A DNA stretch of 64,000 nucleotides from Flectonema sp. DT1601 (lineage: Eukaryota): positions 992,001 to 1,056,000 of the forward strand of contig OZ025785.1 in NCBI GenBank assembly GCA_964019425.1. The letters run 5' to 3'. The notes under the pieces are model-generated. The model was not told where the DNA came from. It did not search any database and saw nothing but the letters and a program-made list of their open reading frames with translations. Position numbers and translations under genes: made by a program. Positions 11,020 through 23,558 of the stretch are shown here, one piece after another. Each line of letters starts with the position of its first letter. The stretch's first letter is position 1.

Positions 11020-14000
11020 TCAAATTAATAATATTGAGCTATTGTAAGTAAAGAAGGCACATCCCTGTCTTGGAATAGAGGAACTTGGAGAATACTGACA
11101 GGTATCAGGTCCAATAACTGAACCAACACTGCTGTTGGTGACAACAGTTGACTCAGCGAGAACATCAGCAGTGTTTCCACGAACTACCAGACCACCGTTA
11201 TTGAGAATTCTGTTTCCACGAAATATAATAAATCTATTCAAAGGGAATGTAAAAGGAAGGTTTTCATCGTACTGGTCTGAAGCCAGAACACCAAATGAAA
11301 ATGGCTCCACCACCTTACCATGTGGATGAACATAAGAACCATTGTAGTTGTAAACATGGTTTCCTTCTTCTACTATGTTACCAATAAATTGGTTTTGTAA
11401 GTTAGGAGTGTATTGACCAGAAACTGCTCTTCCCCATGACAACAGTCCCCCTGCTCTGACTAAACTCATTTCTGATATCACAGCATTCATTGCATAGCTG
11501 TAGAGTTGAAAGGCACCTCCGTCTAAATATCTATTTCTGTGGAATAAAAAATTCCCTCGAAAAGGTCCGACATTTACAACAGAATGGATCCCCACACCAC
11601 AACAGAATTCTCTGTCAATTCTCAACAGGCCTTCAGTTTTATTAAAATAAGTTATCCTTCTATACTGACCAGTACCGGGACCGCTCAATACAGCTACTGA
11701 TCCTCCAAGTTCAGTGCCCGATCCGGTCCACTTTTCAGAATTCGGAATGTGGATTGTATTTCCCGACACTAGCGTGGGTTTGCTGTTTTATTTGATAAAA
11801 AGTTTTCTGCTCCTAACTAAGCAGGCCAATGAATTATTAGTGAAGAAAGGATATGTAGACGTTCCTCTTGAGCACATCTCTAAGTACTTGGATGCAATCT
11901 TGACTGAATGTGCGAGTGGTAGAGATCTTAGAACTAGTTTCTACCAGGTTGAGATACCACTTGATACAAGGAAGTACTTTAGATTTAAGACCGATGACGA
12001 TCATTGGTATGAACTTACTAGATTGCCGATGGGTCATTCTTGTGCCCCGGAAATAATGCACACTCTAACCTGGTCATCCAGATTATGTGAAGTCAATCAG
12101 CAATGTCAGAGTCGGATGTTTGGATAGATAACATTCGTTACTCCGGATTGAGAGAGAATACTAAAACCAAAACCAAAGAACTTGATGCAGTTGTATGTAA
12201 AGCATCTGCGACTTGGAAACGAAACAGGAATCGTTTGATACATGCAAATTATGACTTTTTTGGTGTTCAGAAAATTTTTGGTGCCAGACTTTCAAAAAAT
12301 CACAGCAAGTGAATTGGAGTCTTTAATGAGAAGGTTAATGCATGCCTCTGCTGTGTCAGGAGTATCGCCAGGTAAGTTTTGGTTCTCTCTTAAGTTTATT
12401 AGAAGGATAACGCGTGGCTGACAGTAGTCTCGCAACAGAGTCTGCATTCACAACATTTTGTTTCTTCTTCAGTTAATGAGGTCCGGAACACGATGCAAAT
12501 GATTAGAGGCAGTCACAGGAAAGTTTAAATTAGTTGATTTCGAGTTGTCTTTCTAAACAATACATACCCAAAATAATAAGAGCCGAGGTTATCGGTTGTC
12601 ATCACCTCGCGATCGTTCCCCCAAATCTGCTCAAATGTATTGTGCGAATGGTAAATATTTTGTGCGTATCCACCGCCGTACGTGTCAATGTTATTTCCCA
12701 TTGCCATTAATGATATTCCAGTCATGTGGTTGTTTTCAAAGATTACTTGTTTCATCTGATCGAACCAATGAGCTGCTCCTCCGCTCCAAATTCTGTTCCC
12801 TGAAATGAGTCCAAAGCGAGCCCCTGTTATTAGAATCAATAAATGTGATACAAATCAACAATACTAATAGTGTATAAGAAACACATACCAGGTCCTGAAG
12901 TCCAAATCGCATTATAAGAAGAATAGATGTCGCTGTCAACAATTCTGAAATTCGATCCATGAACCACCAACACTGGCCCAACCTGTTCCCAAGTATAGTT
13001 TGCAATTCTATCGCCCCGACCCACCAAATGGGGACCGTTCATGCAATGGTAAGCGTTTGCCCGGATTCGAACTTGAGACATTGAAAATCCGGAGTGATCA
13101 GCATCAACAGTGATAACACTATTATAAAACATCGTGACATAAAGTGTCAAGTCAGAAACTTCATTCGGACCAGTCCCGTTAAACGATACGTAGGCCGGAG
13201 GGGCATTTGTAAAACGCGGTGTCTGAGACTTAAGCTGCTGTTCCTTAAAGTAAATGCTGACAAGTTCCATTCCCTCTCCCCGAAGAGATACATTGCTATA
13301 CAACGGAGGCATGCCAGCGTTGGTTTGACCCAAGTAGTATACTCCTCTGGGAAAATAAATTTCAACTTTCTCCCCAGAAGCAGCCCTCTTATTAGCTTCT
13401 TGAACCGCACGTTGAACTGCTGCTGTGGAATCACAATCAACGGTACCACAACATCCGAAGTCTGTAACAAGTAGACGAGATTTAACAATTGGATCAGAAG
13501 GCTCTATGTTAATAAATTTATAGATCGGATCTTTGGCAGAAAGGAAGAAAGCCATTTGATACCACGCAACACCACCATCATTAGAAACAGAAACTTCGTA
13601 CCTATTCGGAGGAAACTCAGAGTCGATATGGAACATGTTTGACCAGGTTGCTTCTGAACCTGTTTTGTGGGTTGAAAGACGTGTACCCAGTGGAGATATT
13701 AATAAATAATAAATCACACACCTGTTGTATTACTGCGGAGGATAATCGAGGTCTCGTCACTAACAAGACGGAGCAGTGTCGTTGTCGATGTACTGCGATC
13801 TCGTTTCTGAAACTCTCCCAGTTTGCCTGCAATAACTGAAGCAGCACTAAAATCCATCCTTCGCAATGCAGCTTCTAAAGCAGTCTTTGAGTCAGCTTGT
13901 TGTTTGTGATCATCGTTCGTTATATTTATAGAAGCGATCCCTTCCAGCGAGAGAGTATTTCCAAATATCCGAATCCAACCTGACTGACTGGCTCGTTGTC

Positions 14001-14407
14001 CCAAGTTACCCTGCGACCATAATATCTGATTTGTGTGTTGTGTGTTGTGTAAGTCAGAGTAATGATTTCGATAATATAAATACAAAACATACCTGCGGAG
14101 TATTGATTTGTATTTCAGAAGGTTCACCACAACCGAATACCGTAAGATTATAAATACGCATTGCGGTGGGAAATTCTTTCGGTATTCTCAACTTCACTGA
14201 GTACTCCGACGGTTGAATGGGTTCAAGTGTTCTGCTGATACTTCCATCAGATGTTTTTAGTTCGTATCTACAGCTGACATTATTAAAACCGGTCCCTTGG
14301 ACAACAATAACTTGACCAGTTGTTACTGGTTGTGATATCCAACCAATATTACTACACGTCGTAGTGGTTGTTATTATTAATATTAATAAAGTAGTATTCT
14401 TAATCAT
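11020..14407 (-). CDS. Secreted pectate-lyase-superfamily (right-handed beta-helix) carbohydrate-active protein; exons 14407-14093, 14025-13722, 13659-12889, 12823-12568, 11782-11020
   Basis: Four GT-AG introns (67, 62, 65, 785 nt) join five ORF pieces in frame. Signal peptide present. Motif VTDFG..G..DSTAAVQRAV...IYFPRGVY...NVSLRGEG is typical of the Pectate_lyase_3/GH55-like N-terminus, followed by Asn-ladder beta-helix sequence. Confidence 0.82.
11800..12480 (+). pseudogene. Degenerate reverse transcriptase fragment of a tyrosine-recombinase retrotransposon (TATE/DIRS-like), antisense inside the 785-nt intron
   Basis: Translates as DLRTSFYQVEIP...YFRF...LTRLPMGHSCAPEIM and, after a frameshift, VWIDNIRY...YDFFGV. 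These are RT motifs with an xIDN catalytic variant. Boundaries approximate. Confidence 0.78.
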
Positions 14408-14554
14408 CAATATTGTGTAAATGGTAGCTTTTTATAATGAAAAAGTTATATTTCAATTTTGTGACACCAGTCTGAGAGTCATACACAACTTACATGAGTT
14501 CGGTTTTTTGTTTTCGTATCTTCCTTTCTTTTTTTTTTTTGGCTGATTGACTTA

Positions 14555-14592
<38 letters not shown>

Positions 14593-16310
14593 TAATAATA
14601 GACAAAACTCACTGAATGTAAGAACATTTCCTCTGCTGATCAAAGTCGCACAATTCACATGAGAAGTCAGGGAAAACAAGTTCGTGAAAGTACCCAATGA
14701 CTGGTAGAAGTTAATGAATTAGGAAAGCCGCATTACAACTGTCAGTGGGCCACAAGGCTAACATATTCTTTGTAACGAGATACCCTTCTATTATATCCTA
14801 AAATCTAAATACTAAAAAAGTTATGAATAAAACAAAATAAAAAAGAAACAAAAGCAGAAGATGCTGTCGATCTATTGGGGAAACAAAACATCAAAACTAA
14901 ATAGTACTAACAATACAAAGTTAAAAAGGGAGGGGTGTGCGGAACAAGTTCTTGTTGTTGCTTATTTGTATCAAGCCCGGAATAGAATGATTTTTTGCAA
15001 AAAATTATTTTATTAAAAAAAAGGGTTTTATCACTCTCACAAAAAAAAAAAGATGAGGAGAAAAAAAAAAAAAAAAAAGCGAATCACTACTAATTGTGAA
15101 CAAAAAATACTCTCACCCCTCTTCAAGTAAGTTTTAAAAAATAAGAGGATTCACCCCCTCCTTCCATCTCACACATACACATACAACATAGTAATAACTT
15201 AACAAATCGCTGGCATTTAATCAGGGCACAGGGGTTCATTAGGGAAACAAGAAGTGAGAGTAGTAATGGTAATAAAGAGTCTATTCACATCGCACAGGTC
15301 TCCAGATTGAAATTTGCTTCTAATCAGTTTGAAGGGCACTTTAATACTTTTCAGAAGTATTATATTATCCGCTGCAAGAGGGAGAAAAGGAAAAAAAAAA
15401 AAAAAAAAAAAAAAAAGGGCGAACACCTCTTGCCTATGTAAACCTTAACATCCCTGAAAATAGTCATACAAATAAACAAATAAAGGGAGGGTTAACTGCT
15501 TGAGTATACCAATAAAACAATAATTAGTAATTTATGAATATAATTGACTGAAGGTAATGTGAACACTCTACATATGTCGTAAACGACTTTACACTATAAT
15601 TAGGAGGAAAGGGGAAAAGAAAAAAAAAAAAAAAAAAAAAGGGGAATTATGGTTTTTTTTTTCCTTCTAACAATCTGAATAACAAAAAAAGATTTTTTTT
15701 TTTTAAAAAGGACCTTCTTAAAGTAGAAAAAAAACTAAATCTTTTCTTCTGACTACCTTAGACGTCCCAGTATTTGCGGGTAATGAAAAAAAAAAAGAAC
15801 CGAAACCGAAATTGAAAAAACTAAGTCACACCAACCAGAGTACTTAAACGCTGTTTGGTTCCTATGCTTCCTTATTACAAATAACTGAGTGAAACTTCTT
15901 CTCAAGGCCAGTATAATCTGATCGTTGCGAATGAAGGAGGTAATTTGATACTGTATTTTCAAGCTCAAAAGGAACAACAATTTCTCCGACAATCTTGAGG
16001 GAGGGGGGAAAAGAAAACTATTATTCACCATAAGATGAGGTAACAATCCTTTGCAGGTTACGATAGCTCGCTATTTGTACCCCGAAGTTGATGTTTGCAG
16101 TCATTCAGGCTTTCTTTTTTTTTTTTTTTTTTTTTTTTTTTTCCAGTTTCTTATTATAATTTATTCCTTTTTGACGATATCAATTATGTGAAATAATTAC
16201 AGACAAAAAGAAAACCATATTTTCTATTTTTGACTGCAGACTTAACTTCCTACTTCGAGATACCCTCCTCACCAAAGGTCAACTATAAAGTGATCTCTGT
16301 ACTCACACTA

Positions 16311-17759
16311 CTACACTAGCGGTGATAGTGGTGGGGCTGACGACTCTTTAAAACCGACCGACGCAGACGAAGACTTTACTGGTTCCGGATACTCAAAAGG
16401 AAGAGATTTAAACGGCGCTTGTGCGCTGCTTTTATTTAGTTGCGAAGAACTCTCAAGATTTCCGAAATTGCTATTAATCACATTTGCTGAAGCACCGCGA
16501 GAAGGTGAAGGCGGAAAGGCAGAATCTAAATTAGGACTAGTCGGAGAGACAACCTGAACCTGTCTTAAATTATTAATACTCATCGTGCCATTGTGTTCTA
16601 TGTAGACAACTGGCGCAGTAGCTGCAGGAAACTCTTCGTTGCCTGCTGGGGGTTCACCTGGAAATCTGGCTGACGAAAGGGTACTAAAATCTCTTTGAGG
16701 CAACACAGGTGGATAACGACTAAATTGTGGAGAATTGATAACTCGGTAGTCATTAAAAAACTTAGCGGCCCCCCACGATTCACTTTGAACCCAAACACCT
16801 GTTTCATTAGTGTCAACAATAATCCCTTGGACCATTTCTTTATCATCTCCTGACACTTCAACAGTGTCACCCTTTTGAGCAGCGGATTTCATTTCTTCGA
16901 GTGTTTCTCCTTCTCTGTAGGACTTTCCTTGGGTGTAGCCGCCTCCCATACCTCCTCTAAAAATCAAAACTACAATTAATAAAATACAACACCCGCATGC
17001 AATTCCTATTATTAACCATCCCCAACCTGGTACACCTCCCCAGTGAGAACCATCATCATCACTTGAAGCAGGTGGTGGTATTCTAGGAGGTGGAGTGTAA
17101 CCAGGGCAACACGCAAGACTATATTTTGGAATAGTTTCTGTAACAGTTGAGCTAATCATAACAACAGTGTTGGAAGCTACAGTCGATCCAGTTGAAGGAA
17201 TTGAAAGAGATTTCGATAATGTCTTACTGGATGTTAATGTACGAGATAGAGACAGCGATGAACTCAACGAACTAGTACGGGAAACAGTCATCGTATTCGA
17301 TAACGAATTTGATATACTTCGAGAGAATGTGACGGTTCCAGTTCTCAATGTACTGCTTTCTGTTGCAGTACGAAGTGTTGGAGTATTTAAAGTTGATGTC
17401 AAAGTTGCAGTTGGAAGACTAGCAGTGGAACTCAAAGACTGCGTACTAGTTGAGGTCACAGGTAAAGTTCTTGTTATCGAGTTTGATATTGTCCTTGAGG
17501 GAGTGTTAATTAACAAGTTTGATATCGATCTGGTTGGAGACATACTTCTTGTTCGACTAACCAGCGTCCTGGTTGCGATTGATGAACTATCATCCCGACA
17601 TAAACATCCAATATTCCTCGTCATAGAACCTGTCTCTCTCACTATTGTCTGTGACGTCGTCGCCGTCCTTGTGCTGTAACTTACCGTCGTGGTGCTTGTC
17701 GCTAAGGCTGAAGTACAACACATCCACAACACGAGTGCATATTTAAGGAAAACTATCAT
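16311..17759 (-). CDS. Mucin-like type I membrane protein
   Basis: Signal peptide from MIVFLKYALVLW (ATG 17759), long Ser/Thr-rich stalk, single TM (WGWLIIGIACGCCILLIVVLIF), Pro/Ser-rich cytoplasmic tail. Confidence 0.8.
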   Translation of the reverse strand: MIVFLKYALVLWMCCTSALATSTTTVSYSTRTATTSQTIVRETGSMTRNIGCLCRDDSSSIATRTLVSRTRSMSPTRSISNLLINTPSRTISNSITRTLPVTSTSTQSLSSTASLPTATLTSTLNTPTLRTATESSTLRTGTVTFSRSISNSLSNTMTVSRTSSLSSSLSLSRTLTSSKTLSKSLSIPSTGSTVASNTVVMISSTVTETIPKYSLACCPGYTPPPRIPPPASSDDDGSHWGGVPGWGWLIIGIACGCCILLIVVLIFRGGMGGGYTQGKSYREGETLEEMKSAAQKGDTVEVSGDDKEMVQGIIVDTNETGVWVQSESWGAAKFFNDYRVINSPQFSRYPPVLPQRDFSTLSSARFPGEPPAGNEEFPAATAPVVYIEHNGTMSINNLRQVQVVSPTSPNLDSAFPPSPSRGASANVINSNFGNLESSSQLNKSSAQAPFKSLPFEYPEPVKSSSASVGFKESSAPPLSPLV

Positions 17760-18011
17760 TTCTCTTGGGAAAACCCGAAGGTGTTGGGAGGGGGTGTTCC
17801 CCGATCCTGTTAATAAAATATATTCACAAAAAGACGGTACCACAATTCAGATCACCGAGTGCTCGCATGCCACTAATTATGACATAGGTTAGAACACATT
17901 AAAAACATTAAATAAGATTCAACTATCAGTGTAGCTGTTCCTCCTCATGAATAGTATCCCAGAGACAACACATCAGGTGGTTTATAATACCAGTTCTCCT
18001 ACAGAAGAATA

Positions 18012-18767
18012 TTACAAAACTAAATACGGCGTCTCGTCATCATCATCATTTCTATCCTTCTTTTTCTGCTTTACATTCTTGTTAGCACTTCGCTTAGGTT
18101 TAGAATGAATTTTCGTATTCGATGTATTTGTCTTATGAGTAACCAGGCCTGCTGGTACTTTTATAAACGGGTGTAAACTAAGCATTGCAGTATGAGCTCC
18201 AGTAATTGCGTTATTTAATGTTTGTAATGTTTTTGAGGAGATACTCGTTGAAGGAGTCGCATTGAAACACTTCGAAGATAAGAACTCAACATCAGAACAA
18301 ACGGATATGAATCTTGAGATTAAAGGAAGACTGTTCCGACATGACGAAAGAAAATCATCAAAACCACAATCAGCAACAAACGAACAAAACAAATGTTGTT
18401 GTCTCTGATGGCTATCAGAACTTATTAGGTCGGTTAGTTCAAAACCGATTCGAGGTTTCTGCACTCCATGACAATTGTAAAATTGTTTTTTAATCTTCCT
18501 CGTTGTTTTTTTACACAATCCCTCAAGCAGTCCGACGTCTAACCGAATTCTCTCATTCGTTGATTTGAGTTCTTCACAACTTTCTAACAACCACATACTC
18601 TCCCAATACCGAGAAGAATCACATCTCATGTCTACGGGACCCGTTTTCGCTATTAATTGCATACCCCCGATATGACTATTCTTTGTGAGCATTGGAGTGA
18701 TATCGAGTAGTCCACATTGCAGTTGGAGACCAGTTACGATTAATAAAACAGGTATCAGGTGGATCAT
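18012..18767 (-). CDS. Hypothetical protein with signal-peptide-like N-terminus, Cys-rich
   Basis: 251-aa ORF on the cluster strand with a hydrophobic N-terminus; no family recognised. Confidence 0.6.
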   Translation of the reverse strand: MIHLIPVLLIVTGLQLQCGLLDITPMLTKNSHIGGMQLIAKTGPVDMRCDSSRYWESMWLLESCEELKSTNERIRLDVGLLEGLCKKTTRKIKKQFYNCHGVQKPRIGFELTDLISSDSHQRQQHLFCSFVADCGFDDFLSSCRNSLPLISRFISVCSDVEFLSSKCFNATPSTSISSKTLQTLNNAITGAHTAMLSLHPFIKVPAGLVTHKTNTSNTKIHSKPKRSANKNVKQKKKDRNDDDDETPYLVL

Positions 18768-19589
18768 TATAAAAAAGAAAATATTCTTCTGGAAGGATGA
18801 TTATTATTATTTAATTTCCCCATTTTTTTTAAAAGACAGACAACAATCTCATTCACAGTCTCATTTTAAGTGCTGAACAAGGGAAGCGTAATGATGATAA
18901 AACTAACAAACACAAACACTAACAAACTTATTATTATAGATGATCGTGCTTTGGGGATGTGAATGGGGGAAGCGGGGGAGAAACAATAACGTTTTGAAGG
19001 GATCCCGGGTTTAATTTTTTTTTTTTTTTTTTTAAATTTTTTTGCTATGCTTTTTTTTTCTCCAGAGCAGGGCTTTGTGCGGTACTAAACCCAATAAAAG
19101 ACCCACTAAGAAAGTCATCCGCGCACAAAAATGCTGACGTGATACCGAAAAAGAGTCCGCTCTGTTAATTTTGTGCTTCTTGTTTCTGGTATTGCTGTTG
19201 TTGTTGTTGTTATTTTTTTTTCTTCTTCATTTCTTTTATAAGTTGTTTTTACATCGAAAGGCAGCCCCAATACCGCAAAGAAGTACCTTCGTAAATCCTC
19301 AGGAGGGCCATTTTCCTCCCAAAACACGCTGGCACAGATCCTCTTTGCAGTAAAATAAGATACGCAATCATCACTAGTTTTCTTTCAGTATTTTATAAGG
19401 CGTTTAAGAACGAGGGGGGATGGGGTCTGAAGAGTGGCATATTCCTGTTCACGGGTGCCCGTCACAAGAAAGAAAAACTGCCCCATCAGACACCCGAAGA
19501 CCGAGTGTGAGAGAAGGGTAAACACTGATTTATTTAATTTTTTTTTTTCCTTATTTTTTCGTTCTTAAATTTAATCCAACTTCCAAGGT

Positions 19590-19624
<35 letters not shown>

Positions 19625-22106
19625 AAAGAAAAGAAAATAAGTACACCCACCTCCCTGTGGGCAAGGATCATAAGCTAACACTACGTAGCTACTGCACAAT
19701 TGAAAGGTAAATCTCAATAACCATAAAGGCACAAAAGCAACTTCCCAATAGGTTATTCATGTTTTTTTTTTCAAAGAAAAGATAAAACATGGAATCGCTT
19801 CTTTTCTGTGTTCTGCTTTTGTTCAAAAAAGCTGTAAAAAGAAAAATTAAAAAGACAAGGCAAGAATAATAATATGTTTTGCCTTCTCAAGAAATGGGAA
19901 AAGAAAAAAAGAAAAACTGGGACCGAAAAGAGAAAACAGGGAAGGGAGAAAAAGTCCACTAGTCTGGCCACTTGTTTTTTTTTTTTAAATAATTCTTTTT
20001 TTTGTTTTTTTTTTCGATGACTATAATAATTGATGTGTTGCATTTAAACCATCCCACTAGCAGATCATATGAAGCGTACAGCAGCTGTTGAATGCCAATG
20101 ACTTGTCTTTATTGTTTTGACAAATAACACATACACCGCAGGCTCCAACCACTGACACTGAGGAGGGGAATTGCGCGTGTAATAAAACCATCCATAAATA
20201 TGAGCTGGCCAACACTAATTGTCCACTATTTTTTTTTTTATTGAAGTCGCTCGTGTAATGTAAGGGAGCATCTTGTATTCACATAAAAAAAGGGTTTTCT
20301 TCGTTCCATGGGAAAAGGGGAGGCTGCGCAATGGACACTAACCACTATTTTTTTTTTTTTTTTTTTTTTTTTTTGATAAATTTACACTGAGACACTTTTC
20401 CCAGGAGATTGAAATTGCTGTCCGGTTTCATCCACACTTTGTCATTACCGTGTATTGTACAACAAAACACTATATCTCCTGAGAATCTATGTAGATACAG
20501 GTACAGTGTTCAATAACTCGCCGCAACTGTTAAAACGTAGCGAGAGTATCATGAATGATATGAATTAAATATAAAGGGGGAAATATCCACCAAAAAAAAC
20601 GGCTTCCCCCGTCAGGGATACAAAATCCCCTATTGGAAGAGCATCGCTTTTATACATTAAGTTAGTTGCCACAGTTCCTAGTGACAACAAAATTATAATA
20701 TAAGCTTGAGATGACCTCTCTTTTTTTTTTTTTTTTTTTTTTTTCTCATTCAAATGTTTTTTTTTTTTCCACTCAACCTTGCACTAGGGCAAAAAAAAGC
20801 GTACACTACGCTGTCGAATCGAATAGAAATTTGAACAAAAAAAAAAAAAAAAAAAAAAGAGATGAAAGCTCTTGCAAAAAAAAAAAAAAAAAAAAAAAAA
20901 AGAGAGAATTAATAAAGAAAACAAAGCTGACGGGGTCACCCTCGCACAACAACGGTGCTTCATACTTCCACGGCAACCATCTAACATCGAAAACTTGTCG
21001 AGAGCATTAGTTTTCCTTTAATAAAAAAAATAAGAGGGGGGAAGAAAAAAGAAAAACGACGCTATATATGATGAGGTTCAGCATCGACTTGACCACAGAA
21101 TAACGAGAACAACGCCAAGTAATATCCAGCCATGTCTTAAATATATTTTATTGAGCGAAGGAGTTCAGCAAACTTGAGTACTCTCACAAGATGGGGGGAG
21201 AGGGGGGGTAACTTGATACTAATATTAAATGGAGAGCAACTTGAAACTGGCTAAAACGGCCAAACCTGGTTGCAATATAAGAAAATTAACAGTTGGTATC
21301 GATGAAAAGTCCCATATGTGCTATCGAATATGGGAATTCGGGGGCCACGTACTACAGGTTGAGCGCCCCATGCCCTGTAGCCCGTTACAGCTTAAAATAG
21401 TATTCCTTGAGATGGGGGAGAGGGGGGGGGGGGGGGGGGACTTGGCGACAGAACAACCAAGAGCTAAGAATTATAGTCATAAATGATAGTTTTCGTTTCT
21501 TTTCTTCTCTGTTTTTTCCTTTCCTTTTTTATTTAGTTTAGTGAACTCAGTTAGAATCCAATTAGTGGATTCTCATTTACGAGTCTCTTCCTGTTTCGGT
21601 CTTGTGTCTTTTTTTTTTCGTGTGTTTTTGATTAGGGTTGAAAAGGTTACCCACAACACATCACATAATGACCTTTGAACCACAGTAAGCTGGCGAAGGA
21701 AGAGCAAACAAACAAACTAGCACTAGCGGTGAGCAATCAGTAAAAAAATAAAATAAAATAAATAACACAACACAAGAGCTGCCACCTACATAGGGGCATC
21801 GGGGAGGGACAGATCTGCAAATAGCCAGTACCTTGCGAGCTAATATTGCTACAAGTAGGCAGACCGAAAGAGTAAAAGAAGAAGAACAAATACACGATTC
21901 AGATGCCTAACTTCAGAAAACCGAACCCAATCAATGAGCGGATTTAATTCGTTGGCAGCCCTGGAGTCGATAGCCACAAGGCAGCACGAATTACGAATGA
22001 GCGCAGACCTGTTAAACGACATTTAACGCGATTCAGTTCTGTTTTGTTTGCTTTTTGTGATTGACCATCATTGACTATGTTGGTCTAAAGAAAGGTGTTT
22101 TTAACT

Positions 22107-23303
22107 TTACTTCATAAATCTAAAAATAACAACATACCCACTGAATTCACCAGAAGGACCACGGTACATTTCTTGCGGGTACTCATGGTATTCCTGGTAG
22201 TAGGCATCATATTCTTCATAATATCCATTTCCATTCGGTGCACCATTACCATTTCCGTTAGGTCCACCGCCATTGTAGTAGTTTGAATCAAAGTCACTGC
22301 TACCTGGGTACGATTCACTTCCACTGTGATTTCTGCCGTACCCATGATGTGGATGTTCTTCAAAAGTGTTTTCTCCTTGCGGTTCCCTTGCTGTTTGCAT
22401 CACCTGCTGCATGAACTTTTCCTTCATGTGCTCTGGAACATGCACATTGCTAGGCTGCTCGTTTCCCCGTTCGTGACTAAATTGACAACCTGAGCCTTTC
22501 ATGCACGCTCCGTTTTGAAAATATCTACACAGGACTTTGCTGTCACCATTTGCGGAACCCCCCTGATGCGGAGGGGTTTGCTGGCCATTTTTTAAAGCAC
22601 GATCCTCGTGGTGCATTTCCATCCTACGGTGGGTGTGGTGATGCGGATGGTGATGATGGTGATGGTGATGATGATGATGATGGTGATGGTGAGGATGATG
22701 GCCGTGTGGGTGGTGTGGGTGGTGATGGTGGTGATGGTGATGGTGCATTTCATCGAACATTTCACGACTGTGCGGGTGAAGATGGTGATGGTGGTGGTGG
22801 TGGTGGTGGTGAGGATGGTGATGGTGGTGGTGATGGTGTGGTGGCAGAACACGTGCTCCCCTCCACCCAGCATGCGGCATTCCATATGCAGCTGGACTTG
22901 GAGGATATCCTGCTGGAACACGTCGCCCGTATGCCCACTTTGACCGTCCACCAGGTGAACCCGGCTGCATCGGCGGTACTACATCATACGGAATCGAACC
23001 CGCCCGTCCTATCCTTCCCCACTGTGCGCCATTGGGGTAACCACTAGGCTCGGGATTCCTTTGTGGTGCACTTGGCAACTCCGGCCTGTCTGATAATGGT
23101 AAAGCTTCGTATTCTTCGATGTGCCAGTAAACACATCCACCATTAAATCTGCAGTCTTCCAGTCTGACATGTCTGCACCACTTGTTTTTCTTAACTACAG
23201 CATCCTGTGTGTTTGGGGATCCCCACTTCTCCGGATGATTAAATTTGCACTTTTCCCCTAAACGGCACTTCCCTTTTTGCCAATGCCTACACACACTATC
23301 CAT
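22107..23303 (-). CDS. CCCH zinc-finger RNA-binding protein with poly-His region (3' end probably spliced)
   Basis: Three CCCH fingers (CRHWQKGKCRLGEKCKFNH; CRHVRLEDCRFNGGCVYWH; CRYFQNGACMKGSGCQFSH) and His tracts. A GTATGT donor-like site near 22138 suggests the true C-terminus lies in a further exon. Confidence 0.85.
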   Translation of the reverse strand: MDSVCRHWQKGKCRLGEKCKFNHPEKWGSPNTQDAVVKKNKWCRHVRLEDCRFNGGCVYWHIEEYEALPLSDRPELPSAPQRNPEPSGYPNGAQWGRIGRAGSIPYDVVPPMQPGSPGGRSKWAYGRRVPAGYPPSPAAYGMPHAGWRGARVLPPHHHHHHHHPHHHHHHHHHHLHPHSREMFDEMHHHHHHHHHPHHPHGHHPHHHHHHHHHHHHHHHPHHHTHRRMEMHHEDRALKNGQQTPPHQGGSANGDSKVLCRYFQNGACMKGSGCQFSHERGNEQPSNVHVPEHMKEKFMQQVMQTAREPQGENTFEEHPHHGYGRNHSGSESYPGSSDFDSNYYNGGGPNGNGNGAPNGNGYYEEYDAYYQEYHEYPQEMYRGPSGEFSGYVVIFRFMK

Positions 23304-23485
23304 ATCTGATGACTGCGGAGGGTTTAGTAGCTATATTAGCGAGACACAAATAAATAAATACAATCGTAAATTACTTTGTCCCACTCCAATGGACAGATTA
23401 TTGTAAATCTTAAAAAGAGGGTGAAAATATTGCGATCTCTTTATATCTTTTAAGAAATAAAGAGAAGTCCTCTTTTTCTTCCAGA

Positions 23486-23558
23486 GCCCCGTTGGCGCAA
23501 TGGATAGCGCGTTGGACTTCGAATCCAAAGGTTGCGGGTTCGAGTCCCGCACGGGGTT
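23486..23558 (+). tRNA. tRNA-Arg (TCG)
   Basis: GCCCCGT-TGGCGCAATGGATAGCGC-G-TTGGA-CTTCGAA-TCCAA-AGGTT-GCGGG-TTCGAGT-CCCGC-ACGGGGT-T; all stems pair; T-run downstream. Confidence 0.95.

Noticed and set aside
14500..21500. Long A/T homopolymers in intergenic DNA as retro-insertion tails
   Set aside because: They are ubiquitous in this genome's non-coding DNA and have no associated element bodies. This also weakens any argument based on A-tract length alone.
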